24,000 nucleotides of DNA, taken from an uncultured Thermoplasmata archaeon (GTDB taxonomy: Archaea; Thermoplasmatota; Thermoplasmata; GCA-020350865). Shown here piece by piece: positions 1-6,699 of this stretch. The stretch spans positions 1 through 24,000 of the forward strand of contig CBDUXN010000001.1 in assembly GCA_965371185.1 (NCBI GenBank). Direction: 5' to 3'. The notes beneath the pieces are model-generated. The model saw nothing but the letters and a program-made list of their open reading frames with translations, was not told the origin of the DNA and made no database searches. The number at the start of each line of letters is the position of its first letter. Position 1 is the first letter of the stretch. A program made the position numbers and the translations under genes.

Positions 1-2
1 AG

Positions 3-554
3 CCCTACCTGTTCAAGGCCCACTCATTGAAACTCAATATCAAGGGCAAGCAGTTCCCTAAACTAAAATATTACATCAACAGCATGTTAAACGATCCAAA
101 AGACCACCTATTTCAGTCCAAAACTGTTCTTAGATGCTCGGAGCTCGCAAACTCCATAAACATCCCTAAACCGGCGATCAGAGAGGTAAAAAACAGCCCA
201 GCCTGCAGGATGACAGATCTCGCCCTAGAACTGGCCAAAACCAAGATGGAGCGCCACGTAAAGGTTGAGGAGTTCTTCCTTGTAAACGATTCCGCAACGG
301 TAGCTGTGGAAGTCCCTGTATACTTAACCGAATCCGAATCAGGATTCAAAAAGCCTCTCACAGGCCACATAGATTTAATTCAAGTGAGAGGAAATCGAGT
401 ACACATCCTTGACTACAAGCCCGAGAAAGGGGGAAACGCGGCGGCCCAGCTTACCCTCTATGCCCAAAGTCTTAAAAAACGCACAGGTTTATCAGAGATC
501 ACATGCGGGTACTTTGATGAAAACGAGTATTTTCAGTTCACACAGGAGATATGA
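3..554 (+). CDS. PD-(D/E)XK-family nuclease (Cas4/RecB-like fold), 5'-partial at window edge
   Basis: The frame is open from nt 3 (no stop before the TTG at 27 used by the ORF track), so the true start is probably outside the window. The C-terminal half carries GHIDLI (Asp), ILDYKP (D-x-K) and AAQLTLYA (QxxxY), the motif order of PD-(D/E)XK nucleases. There is no C-terminal Cys cluster. Confidence 0.55.
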   Translation, partial: PYLFKAHSLKLNIKGKQFPKLKYYINSMLNDPKDHLFQSKTVLRCSELANSINIPKPAIREVKNSPACRMTDLALELAKTKMERHVKVEEFFLVNDSATVAVEVPVYLTESESGFKKPLTGHIDLIQVRGNRVHILDYKPEKGGNAAAQLTLYAQSLKKRTGLSEITCGYFDENEYFQFTQEI

Positions 555-556
555 TA

Positions 557-576
557 AATCCTAGGATTATGATCAT
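557..576. promoter_or_regulatory. Adjacent perfect palindromes (12 bp aatcctaggatt at 557-568, 8 bp atgatcat at 569-576), candidate operator upstream of the TA pair
   Basis: Read directly from the sequence. They lie in the 58-nt spacer between the nuclease stop (554) and the wHTH-NTase start (613), just upstream of a TATA-like box. Confidence 0.3.
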
Positions 577-583
577 CAGCAAG

Positions 584-599
584 TTTTTAATATAAAAAG
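584..599 (+). promoter_or_regulatory. TATA-like box for the NTase/HEPN pair
   Basis: tttttaatataaaaag sits 14-29 nt upstream of ATG 613. An archaeal TSS ~25 nt downstream would fall at about 613-620, implying a leaderless or very short-leader mRNA. Confidence 0.3.
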
Positions 600-612
600 T
601 ATATTAACATTC

Positions 613-1176
613 ATGGTTCGAAAAAGTGAACATATGTTCGAAAAAGTGAACATAAGTCCCCTGGCTATAACCGTATTGACATATTTATCTCGCTCACCAG
701 ATAAACAATTCTATGTAAGAGAGATCGCAGCCATGACAGGAGGTAGTTTGGGCGGATCCCATAAGGTTTTAAAAAAACTGTATGAAATGGGCTTAATAAG
801 TAAGCAAAAGAGCGGACGAAACTTGTACTACAAAATAAACCAAAAGAACCCGGCCATCAAGTATTTTAAAATTTTTATAAATATTCAAGAATTGAATGGG
901 GTAATTAAAGAAATTGCACATGAATGTAATAAGATCATTTTGTATGGAAGTTGCTCAACAGGTGAAGATGTTTTGGACAGCGATATAGACCTTTTTGTAA
1001 TTACAGAGAATGTAAAAGATATTAAACAGTTCCTTCGGAACAAATGTATTACCAATAGACAGTTGAAACCAATAATTATGCTCCCGCATGAATTCATTAA
1101 ATTAAAGGATAAAGACCGGGCTTTCTATAATGAAATAAATAAGGGTATAGCCTTGTGGCGTGGCAGCTATGAATGA
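613..1176 (+). CDS. Winged-helix + minimal nucleotidyltransferase (MNT) protein, putative antitoxin of a HEPN/MNT module
   Basis: N-terminal wHTH-like segment (AITVLTYLSRSPDKQFYVREIAAMTGGSLGGSHKVLKKLYEMGLISKQKSGRNLYYKI). It is followed by the MNT signature ILYGSCSTGEDVLDSDIDLFVI (GS...DxD). The start is ambiguous between ATG 613 and in-frame ATG 634. Confidence 0.8.
   Translation: MVRKSEHMFEKVNISPLAITVLTYLSRSPDKQFYVREIAAMTGGSLGGSHKVLKKLYEMGLISKQKSGRNLYYKINQKNPAIKYFKIFINIQELNGVIKEIAHECNKIILYGSCSTGEDVLDSDIDLFVITENVKDIKQFLRNKCITNRQLKPIIMLPHEFIKLKDKDRAFYNEINKGIALWRGSYE
617..654 (+). repeat. Exact 18-nt tandem direct repeat ttcgaaaaagtgaacata (617-634 and 637-654, period 20 nt) spanning the two candidate start codons
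   Basis: Exact match read from the sequence. Each copy follows an ATG (613, 634) and contains the TTCGAA palindrome. Confidence 0.9.
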
Positions 1177-1504
1177 ATTTGAAAGGTGCCTAAAGGAGCG
1201 GCGAATAGTAATAATAGAAGCATCCCGTGAGATGATCGAAAAGGAGTTGGAAGGGGCCAAATACGATCTTTCCAGTGCCGAAGAGAGTTTGCATGATGAA
1301 GATTATAAATGGGCGTCCGTACAGGCGTACTATTCCATGTTTCATGCGGCAAAAGCCCTCGTTTTCGAAAAAGGTTACAGGGAAAAGAGCCACTACTGCC
1401 TGTTGATTGCCCTGACATACGAGGAAGAAAGTGCAAGGATTGCTATTGAGAATGCAAGAAACTTTCTTGAAAAAGCCCTGGCTTTATTAAAAAATGATGT
1501 CTGA
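1169..1504 (+). CDS. HEPN-domain protein (putative toxin partner of the MNT), apparently shortened
   Basis: ATG 1169 overlaps the NTase stop (ATGAATGA, 1169-1176); the ORF track starts at GTG 1160. All-helical sequence with a HEPN-like core WASVQAYYSMFHAAKALVFEKGYREKSHY. Overlapping MNT-then-HEPN gene order is the classic HEPN/MNT layout. Confidence 0.65.
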   Translation: MNEFERCLKERRIVIIEASREMIEKELEGAKYDLSSAEESLHDEDYKWASVQAYYSMFHAAKALVFEKGYREKSHYCLLIALTYEEESARIAIENARNFLEKALALLKNDV

Positions 1505-1585
1505 TAGAGAATATTAACATATATACCAACCCTCTAATTTTATATTCATATTTCCAAAGGGCTCCGCCCTTTTAACTTCCTCACG

Positions 1586-1605
1586 CCAGTCCGTTTACGG
1601 GCTGG
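1586..1605 (+). other. 8-bp stem / 4-nt loop hairpin between convergent genes
   Basis: ccagtccg-ttta-cgggctgg. All pairs are Watson-Crick except one T-G (U-G wobble) when read as plus-strand RNA. It lies in the 119-nt spacer between the HEPN stop (1504) and the hypE stop (1624). Confidence 0.3.
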
Positions 1606-1623
1606 TAGTTTAACCGGTAACGA

Positions 1624-2688
1624 TCAACAAATCCTCGGCACAGGATCCCCGATCGGCATGTCCACGATTCTCTTACCCCCTACCAGCGTGTTCAAAACAA
1701 CTGTGCCGTCTCCCTTTTTTACTTCCCCGATAATTGCCGCATCCCTCCCCTTCTCAGTCCTTCTCAAGGATTCGAGAATCTCCTCTGCTTTCTCCTTCAC
1801 CACGCCCATCACAACCTTTCCCTCATTTGCTATGTTCAGAGGTTCTATTCCAAGCATCTCACAGGCTGCTGTGACAGGCTCCTTTATTGGAATGCTTACC
1901 TCGTTGATTTCTATGAGAACCTTTGATTTTTGGGCCCACTCGTTAAGGGTATTGGCGAGGCCGCCACGGGTTGGGTCTTTCATGGCAACTATTCCCCCCT
2001 CTTCCAAGGCTTTCGAGATCATCGAATTGAGTGGACAGACATCGCTCTTCAATTTTGCTTCGAAGCCGTAGCCCTCTCTTGCGGAGAGGATGATTATTCC
2101 GTGATCGCCGATACTGCCGGATATGATTATCTTGTCCCCTTCTTTGAGGTTCGAATCCTTCAGCCAATCTCCCTCAAAATTCCTGTATTTTTTTATCTCC
2201 TCGATGTTGGTATCCAAAAATTGCGATCTTCTCCCGATCCCCGAGGTATTGATGCAGATCTTGTCCATGGCACCTTTTTCCATGACCTTTGTATCGCCTG
2301 TGATGATGGGTATGCCTGTTTCTTTGGAGACCTTTCCAATGCTATCTAAAAGTCTATCTAGATCGGAGATCAAGAAACCTTCCTCGATGATCAAGCCCAG
2401 GGACAAGGCCAAGGGCTCTGCGCCCATGACAGAGAGGTCGTTTATCGTGCCTGAAAGGGCCAAACCTCCGATGTCCCCTCCAGGGAAAAATATTGGGTTT
2501 ACCACATAAGAGTCTGTGGTGAAAACTATGCCCTCCACTACGCCAGCATCATCTAAGTCCTGAAGTGAAATGTCTATGTCTCTACCTGATTCAAAAGCAC
2601 CGATATGCTCTAAAATGTTCCTCTGGATCAACTTCTGCATGATCGCTCCACCGGCGCCGTGTGAAAGGGTAATGCGCTCCTCGCTCAT
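1624..2688 (-). CDS. hypE: [NiFe]-hydrogenase maturation protein HypE
   Basis: The C-terminus GDPVPRIC is the invariant HypE PRIC terminus whose Cys carries the carbamoyl/cyano group. N-terminal LSHGAGG and an AIR-synthase-like body are present. The track start is GTG 2697. ATG 2688 (MSEERITLSHGAGG) has a GTGAT SD-like motif 5 nt upstream and is preferred. Confidence 0.93.
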   Translation of the reverse strand: MSEERITLSHGAGGAIMQKLIQRNILEHIGAFESGRDIDISLQDLDDAGVVEGIVFTTDSYVVNPIFFPGGDIGGLALSGTINDLSVMGAEPLALSLGLIIEEGFLISDLDRLLDSIGKVSKETGIPIITGDTKVMEKGAMDKICINTSGIGRRSQFLDTNIEEIKKYRNFEGDWLKDSNLKEGDKIIISGSIGDHGIIILSAREGYGFEAKLKSDVCPLNSMISKALEEGGIVAMKDPTRGGLANTLNEWAQKSKVLIEINEVSIPIKEPVTAACEMLGIEPLNIANEGKVVMGVVKEKAEEILESLRRTEKGRDAAIIGEVKKGDGTVVLNTLVGGKRIVDMPIGDPVPRIC

Positions 2689-2697
2689 TAGAATCAC

Positions 2698-2756
2698 TTA
2701 CTATATATCATTTAATAATTATTATTATAGAAAGAAAAAAACATTAAAATAGGAAA
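2698..2756 (-). promoter_or_regulatory. AT-rich spacer with a minus-strand oligo-T tract (terminator-like) and TATA-like sequence for hypE
   Basis: The minus strand reads ...tgtttttttctttctataataataattattaaatgatatatagtaagtgattctaATG. The T-run follows the 69-aa ORF stop, and ctataataataatt lies ~30-40 nt upstream of hypE ATG 2688. Confidence 0.3.
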
Positions 2757-2966
2757 TTATGCAGGTGGTGGTTCACCCTCTAAAACGATCTCAGTCACTT
2801 CTCTCCTCGAATACACCAAATGTTTTCCTTGCTCCTCGATAATTCTCGTCTCGAATCCATCTTTCTTGTAGGTTTCCTCAGCGGTATTGGCAGGCTCCAT
2901 TCCTTCGTAATTTTCTCCATCCCACATGAACTTCTTTCCGTCTATGATTTTACAGATCTCAGGCAT
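2757..2966 (-). CDS. Small hypothetical protein (69 aa)
   Basis: ATG start with GGGGGAAGTGA SD-like motif upstream and its own AT-rich upstream region (aaagattata). It sits between the endopeptidase gene and hypE on the same strand. No motif recognised: not HypA (no CxxC pairs) and not HypC (no MCxxxP). Confidence 0.5.
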   Translation of the reverse strand: MPEICKIIDGKKFMWDGENYEGMEPANTAEETYKKDGFETRIIEEQGKHLVYSRREVTEIVLEGEPPPA

Positions 2967-3063
2967 CGCTCACTTCCCCCAGTTGAGTTCTTCGGCATGG
3001 TATAATCTTTATCGTATTTCACATTAACTGACTCTCCATCATTCTACGAACAAATCCAGACCT

Positions 3064-3552
3064 TTAAAAGAATTTTTTTACGATGATCTCACATATCTCT
3101 TTGACCTTACCCTTCAAAGGTTCAGATAGACCTGGCTCCACCAATTCAGGTATATTCTCAACCTGGCATGAGAGGATCCTCACATCCACACCACAGAAAT
3201 CCCTTAACTCCCTTAAAAGATTGGATGTCGGTATCTGATGCATTGAGAAATCATCGATTTTATTTTCTGGCAGGTCATCCAAGTCGATCTCAAATACCTC
3301 ACCAGGTTGTTTTCCAACATCCACTGCATCCACGATGATTATCTTTTCTGGCCTTTTCTCGTCTATGGTGATGTTGAACAAGAACTCCCTAACAGATGTC
3401 CCGGCATTGATTATGCAAATGTGCTCAGGAATATTGTATTTGCTCTCGAGTTCTTCAGCAACAGCTGGACCGAAGCCGTCATCGCCAAATAGGATATTTC
3501 CGCATCCAAAGATGATTACAGACTTATCGCGGTATTCAGGCATGTCTTCCAA
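3064..3552 (-). CDS. [NiFe]-hydrogenase maturation endopeptidase (HyaD/HycI/FrhD family)
   Basis: GCGNILFGDDGFGPAV near the N-terminus, IIIVDAVD mid-protein and FSMHQIP late. This is the Asp/Asp/His Ni-ligand spacing of the hydrogenase C-terminal endopeptidase family, at ~160 aa. The track start is TTG 3552 with GGAGG 8 nt upstream; ATG 3543 is an alternative. Confidence 0.88.
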   Translation of the reverse strand: MEDMPEYRDKSVIIFGCGNILFGDDGFGPAVAEELESKYNIPEHICIINAGTSVREFLFNITIDEKRPEKIIIVDAVDVGKQPGEVFEIDLDDLPENKIDDFSMHQIPTSNLLRELRDFCGVDVRILSCQVENIPELVEPGLSEPLKGKVKEICEIIVKKFF

Positions 3553-3740
3553 GGTTGTTGCCTCCTTAGCCCGCTAAGAACGAGCTTCTAATAAAGTTTA
3601 TGGTCAGCTGAGCGGATGTAGGCTTAAAGGCTTCTCTGGAGCATAAAAAACGATAAAATGCCTTTTTAAAACGATGTCCAATCTTTTATTACGAATTAGA
3701 TGTCATATATCGTCATAAAAATATCGCTATGCGTAGTAGA

Positions 3741-3749
3741 TTTTATATA
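3741..3749 (+). promoter_or_regulatory. Archaeal TATA box of the mvhGA operon
   Basis: ttttatata lies 45 nt upstream of ATG 3794, with a purine-rich BRE-like stretch (gtagtaga) just 5' of it. AAGGAGGG SD is at 3781-3788. The predicted TSS near 3770 gives a ~24-nt leader. Confidence 0.5.
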
Positions 3750-3793
3750 CCTTTATTCCATACACATCTCCACCTTTCATAAGGAGGGAGCGT

Positions 3794-4753
3794 ATGGTAA
3801 AAGTGGCAGAAGAATGGCTTAACATCTGTGGCGGTTGTGAAGTAACTATTTTGGACATCGGTGAACCATTGCTGGATCTGCTTGCGCAGCTGGAGTTCGT
3901 GCATATACCTGTTCTGATGGACCACAAGTATTTTGGACAGACTGGTGAAGACGATACGAACATCATCCAGATACCAGAAGCGGATGTGGGCATAATCTCC
4001 GGCGGTGTGAGGAACGAGAAGGAGAAGCATGTGGCAGAGGCGATGCGAAAGAGCTGTAAGACGCTAATAGCGCTGGGCTCGTGCGCATGTTTTGGTGGCA
4101 TCCCTGCCTTGGCGAATATGTATACATTGGAGGATCTGTGCAATAAAGTGTACAGGGAATCCAAGACTACGGAGCCGGCAGACACTCCTAAGGAGAACTT
4201 ACCGCCTCTTTTGGACAGGGTTTATGCAGTGGATGAGATCATAAAAGTTGATGTGGCTATTCCAGGTTGCCCAACAAATCCTGTTCTAATCGTTGAGGCT
4301 TTAACAGCTCTTTTAGAAGGTAAGGAGTGGTCAATGCCTGAGAGAAGCGTTTGCGATGACTGTCCAGTAAAGAGAGAGAAGAAGGCCGAAGTGACGATCA
4401 AAAGACCTCTGCAGGATGCACAGTTTACTCCGGGCGAATATGACAGCTGGCGATGCTTCAACGAGCAGGGGATCATTTGCTTGGGCACTGTAACGAAATC
4501 CGGATGTGGCAAAACAGCTACAGAAGGAGAGCAAACGGTACCTCGATGCGTTAAAGGATACATGCCGTGCAGAGGGTGCTTTGGGCCGATAAGAAAGGGC
4601 GCCAATCCACTGGTGGACATGATGAGCGCGATGTCAAGCATCGGTTTGAATGCTAGAGATGTTGACGATAGAAGAGCGCTGCTGAACAGATACATCGGAG
4701 CACAGAAGAGGTTGAGACCATTACCTGCGAGACCCAGACCTGGAGGGGGGTGA
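3794..4753 (+). CDS. mvhG: F420-non-reducing [NiFe] hydrogenase small subunit (MvhG/VhuG type)
   Basis: Cys-rich small-subunit pattern: NICGGCEV, LGSCACFGGIPA, IPGCP, CDDCP, CLGTVTKSGCG, CRGCFGP. It is separated by 5 nt from the large-subunit gene, which has its own GGTGAT SD. Confidence 0.9.
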   Translation: MVKVAEEWLNICGGCEVTILDIGEPLLDLLAQLEFVHIPVLMDHKYFGQTGEDDTNIIQIPEADVGIISGGVRNEKEKHVAEAMRKSCKTLIALGSCACFGGIPALANMYTLEDLCNKVYRESKTTEPADTPKENLPPLLDRVYAVDEIIKVDVAIPGCPTNPVLIVEALTALLEGKEWSMPERSVCDDCPVKREKKAEVTIKRPLQDAQFTPGEYDSWRCFNEQGIICLGTVTKSGCGKTATEGEQTVPRCVKGYMPCRGCFGPIRKGANPLVDMMSAMSSIGLNARDVDDRRALLNRYIGAQKRLRPLPARPRPGGG

Positions 4754-4758
4754 TATAA

Positions 4759-6204
4759 ATGGGAAAGACTCTTACAATAGCACCGGTATCGAGAATTGAA
4801 GGTCATGCGAAAGTGACCATTCAACTGGACGATGCAGGCAATGTTGCAGATACCTTCGTCAACGTGGTGGAACTTAGAGGCTTTGAGAAGTTCTGCATCG
4901 GCAGGCCAGTGGAGGAATTACCAAGGATAACCACCAGCATATGCGGTGTGTGCCCGTGGTCGCATCATCTTGCCTCAGCAAAGGCGAATGATGCAGTTTT
5001 TGGTGTGGAGCCCCCACCTGCCGGCAGGAAATTGAGGGAGCTGTGTAACAGCATAGCCTTTACAGAGGAACACATCCTGCACTTCTTCTTCCTTGCAGGA
5101 CCCGACTTCGTGATGGGTCCGGATGCGGACTACTCTGTTAGGAACGTTATAGGCATCGCTCAAAAGTTCCCGGACATCGGAAAGAAGGTGGTAAGGAACA
5201 GGCATTTGGGTGCACAGATGCTTACCATTGTCTCAGGCAAATCAATACATCCTGTTACCGCGGTACCAGGCGGTTTCAGCAAGCCACTTACGGCAGCTGA
5301 AAAGGATAAAGTACTCCCAATGGCAGAAGAGGTGCTTGAGTTCGCAAAGTTCGCAATAAAATTTGCAAAAGAGGATCTATTCTCGAAATACATCGATACT
5401 GTGAAGACGCTCGGGGTCATAAAAACAGGCTTTTTGGGCACGGTTCGTGACGATGGATCAATGGACCTATACGATGGTAAAGCGAGGCTCATGAAGCCGG
5501 ACGGAAGCTATGAGGAGTTCGAATATACCAACTACACGGATTATATAGAAGAAAAAGTCTTACCCTGGACCTACCTTAAGTTCCCGTATGCAAAGAGCTG
5601 GGGCGAAGGATTCGATATGAATCTGGACGCACCTAAAGGCATCTATAGGACGAACACATTGGCAAGAATAAACGTTGTGGACAAGATTCCCACGCAGCTA
5701 GCGCAGGCGGAGCTTGAAGAGTTCCGCAAGGAGTTCGGAAGACCAGCACAACAGACACTATTGTACAATTGGGCCAGGTTGATTGAGTTACTGTACAACG
5801 CAGAGTACATGGTGGAACTGCTCAACGATCCGGAGATAACCAGCACGGAAACAAGGGTCCCGGTTACACCCAGGGCCGCTCATGGTATCGGCGCTACCGA
5901 AGCACCGAGAGGCACTTTGATCCATGATTACGAGACAGACGAAAGGGGCATGGTCACGAATGTGAACCTGATCGTTGGTACAACCCACAACAACGCTCCA
6001 ATAAACATGTCGGTGAAACAGGCTGCTACGAGTCTAATAAAAGACGGCAAATATGACCAGGGCATTTTAAACCAGGTTGAGATGAGCATTCGGGCATATG
6101 ACCCGTGCCTGAGCTGTGCAACCCATAACCTGGACGGTACCATACCAGTGAAAGTGGACATAATGGATCATAGGGGAAAGCTGCTGAATACCTTTAAAAA
6201 TTAA
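4759..6204 (+). CDS. mvhA: F420-non-reducing [NiFe] hydrogenase large subunit (MvhA type, group 3c-like)
   Basis: N-terminal RIEGH and [NiFe] ligand motif ICGVCPWSHH. C-terminal DPCLSCATH is followed by a 25-aa tail, the part removed by the maturation endopeptidase. The 481-aa size and the MvhG/MvhD neighbours fit Mvh. Confidence 0.95.
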   Translation: MGKTLTIAPVSRIEGHAKVTIQLDDAGNVADTFVNVVELRGFEKFCIGRPVEELPRITTSICGVCPWSHHLASAKANDAVFGVEPPPAGRKLRELCNSIAFTEEHILHFFFLAGPDFVMGPDADYSVRNVIGIAQKFPDIGKKVVRNRHLGAQMLTIVSGKSIHPVTAVPGGFSKPLTAAEKDKVLPMAEEVLEFAKFAIKFAKEDLFSKYIDTVKTLGVIKTGFLGTVRDDGSMDLYDGKARLMKPDGSYEEFEYTNYTDYIEEKVLPWTYLKFPYAKSWGEGFDMNLDAPKGIYRTNTLARINVVDKIPTQLAQAELEEFRKEFGRPAQQTLLYNWARLIELLYNAEYMVELLNDPEITSTETRVPVTPRAAHGIGATEAPRGTLIHDYETDERGMVTNVNLIVGTTHNNAPINMSVKQAATSLIKDGKYDQGILNQVEMSIRAYDPCLSCATHNLDGTIPVKVDIMDHRGKLLNTFKN

Positions 6205-6210
6205 ATTCTT

Positions 6211-6234
6211 CCCCTTTTTCTTTTTAATTTTTTC
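6211..6234 (+). terminator. Oligo-T termination tract after mvhA
   Basis: cccctttttctttttaatttttt begins 7 nt after the mvhA stop, in the 48-nt spacer between convergent mvhA and mvhD. Archaeal terminators are typically oligo-T runs. Confidence 0.45.
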
Positions 6235-6252
6235 ATGGTAATATTCGTTCTA

Positions 6253-6699
6253 TTACATCCTGTAAGGACTCGGTCCCAAGGCTTTTATCTGCTCCGTCAT
6301 CTCCTTCATAACCTCTGCGAACCTTTGACCTTCTGATGCGGAAATCCATTCCAAGCGATATCGCTCAGGCTCGAGGCCCAAATCCTCCAATAGAAGGAAG
6401 ATCGCATCTGCTCTTTTCTCAGCTATCAGGTTGCCTTCAATGTAATGACAGTCTCCAGGGTGGCAGCCGCACATCAGAACTCCGTCAGCACCTTTTGAAA
6501 GGGCATCGATCACTAAATTGGGATGGACCATCCCTGAGCACATGACGCGGATTATCCTGATATTCGATGGATATTGAAGTCTTGAAGTGCCTGCCAAATC
6601 TGCCCCGGTGTAGGAACACCAGTTGCAACAAAATGCGATTATCAACGGCTCGAAATCCTCTTCTCCTGCTATTCCTTCAGTTGTCCCCCCCTCCACCAT
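6253..6699 (-). CDS. mvhD: MvhD-type hydrogenase/Hdr-bridging [2Fe-2S] subunit (minimal 148-aa form)
   Basis: FlpD/MvhD Cys pattern: FCCNWCSYTGADLAG, RVMCSG, GADGVLMCGCHPGDCHY. ATG directly abuts the stop of the upstream HdrA gene (TAAATG), and GGAGGTGG SD lies inside the upstream gene. Confidence 0.92.
   Translation of the reverse strand: MVEGGTTEGIAGEEDFEPLIIAFCCNWCSYTGADLAGTSRLQYPSNIRIIRVMCSGMVHPNLVIDALSKGADGVLMCGCHPGDCHYIEGNLIAEKRADAIFLLLEDLGLEPERYRLEWISASEGQRFAEVMKEMTEQIKALGPSPYRM

Noticed and set aside
3727-4824. Minus-strand ORFs 3727-4185 (152 aa) and 4222-4824 (200 aa) overlapping mvhG
   Set aside because: They are antisense to mvhG, whose Cys motifs, promoter and SD are clear. The first would also run through the mvhG TATA box and SD. 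Their translations show no motifs.
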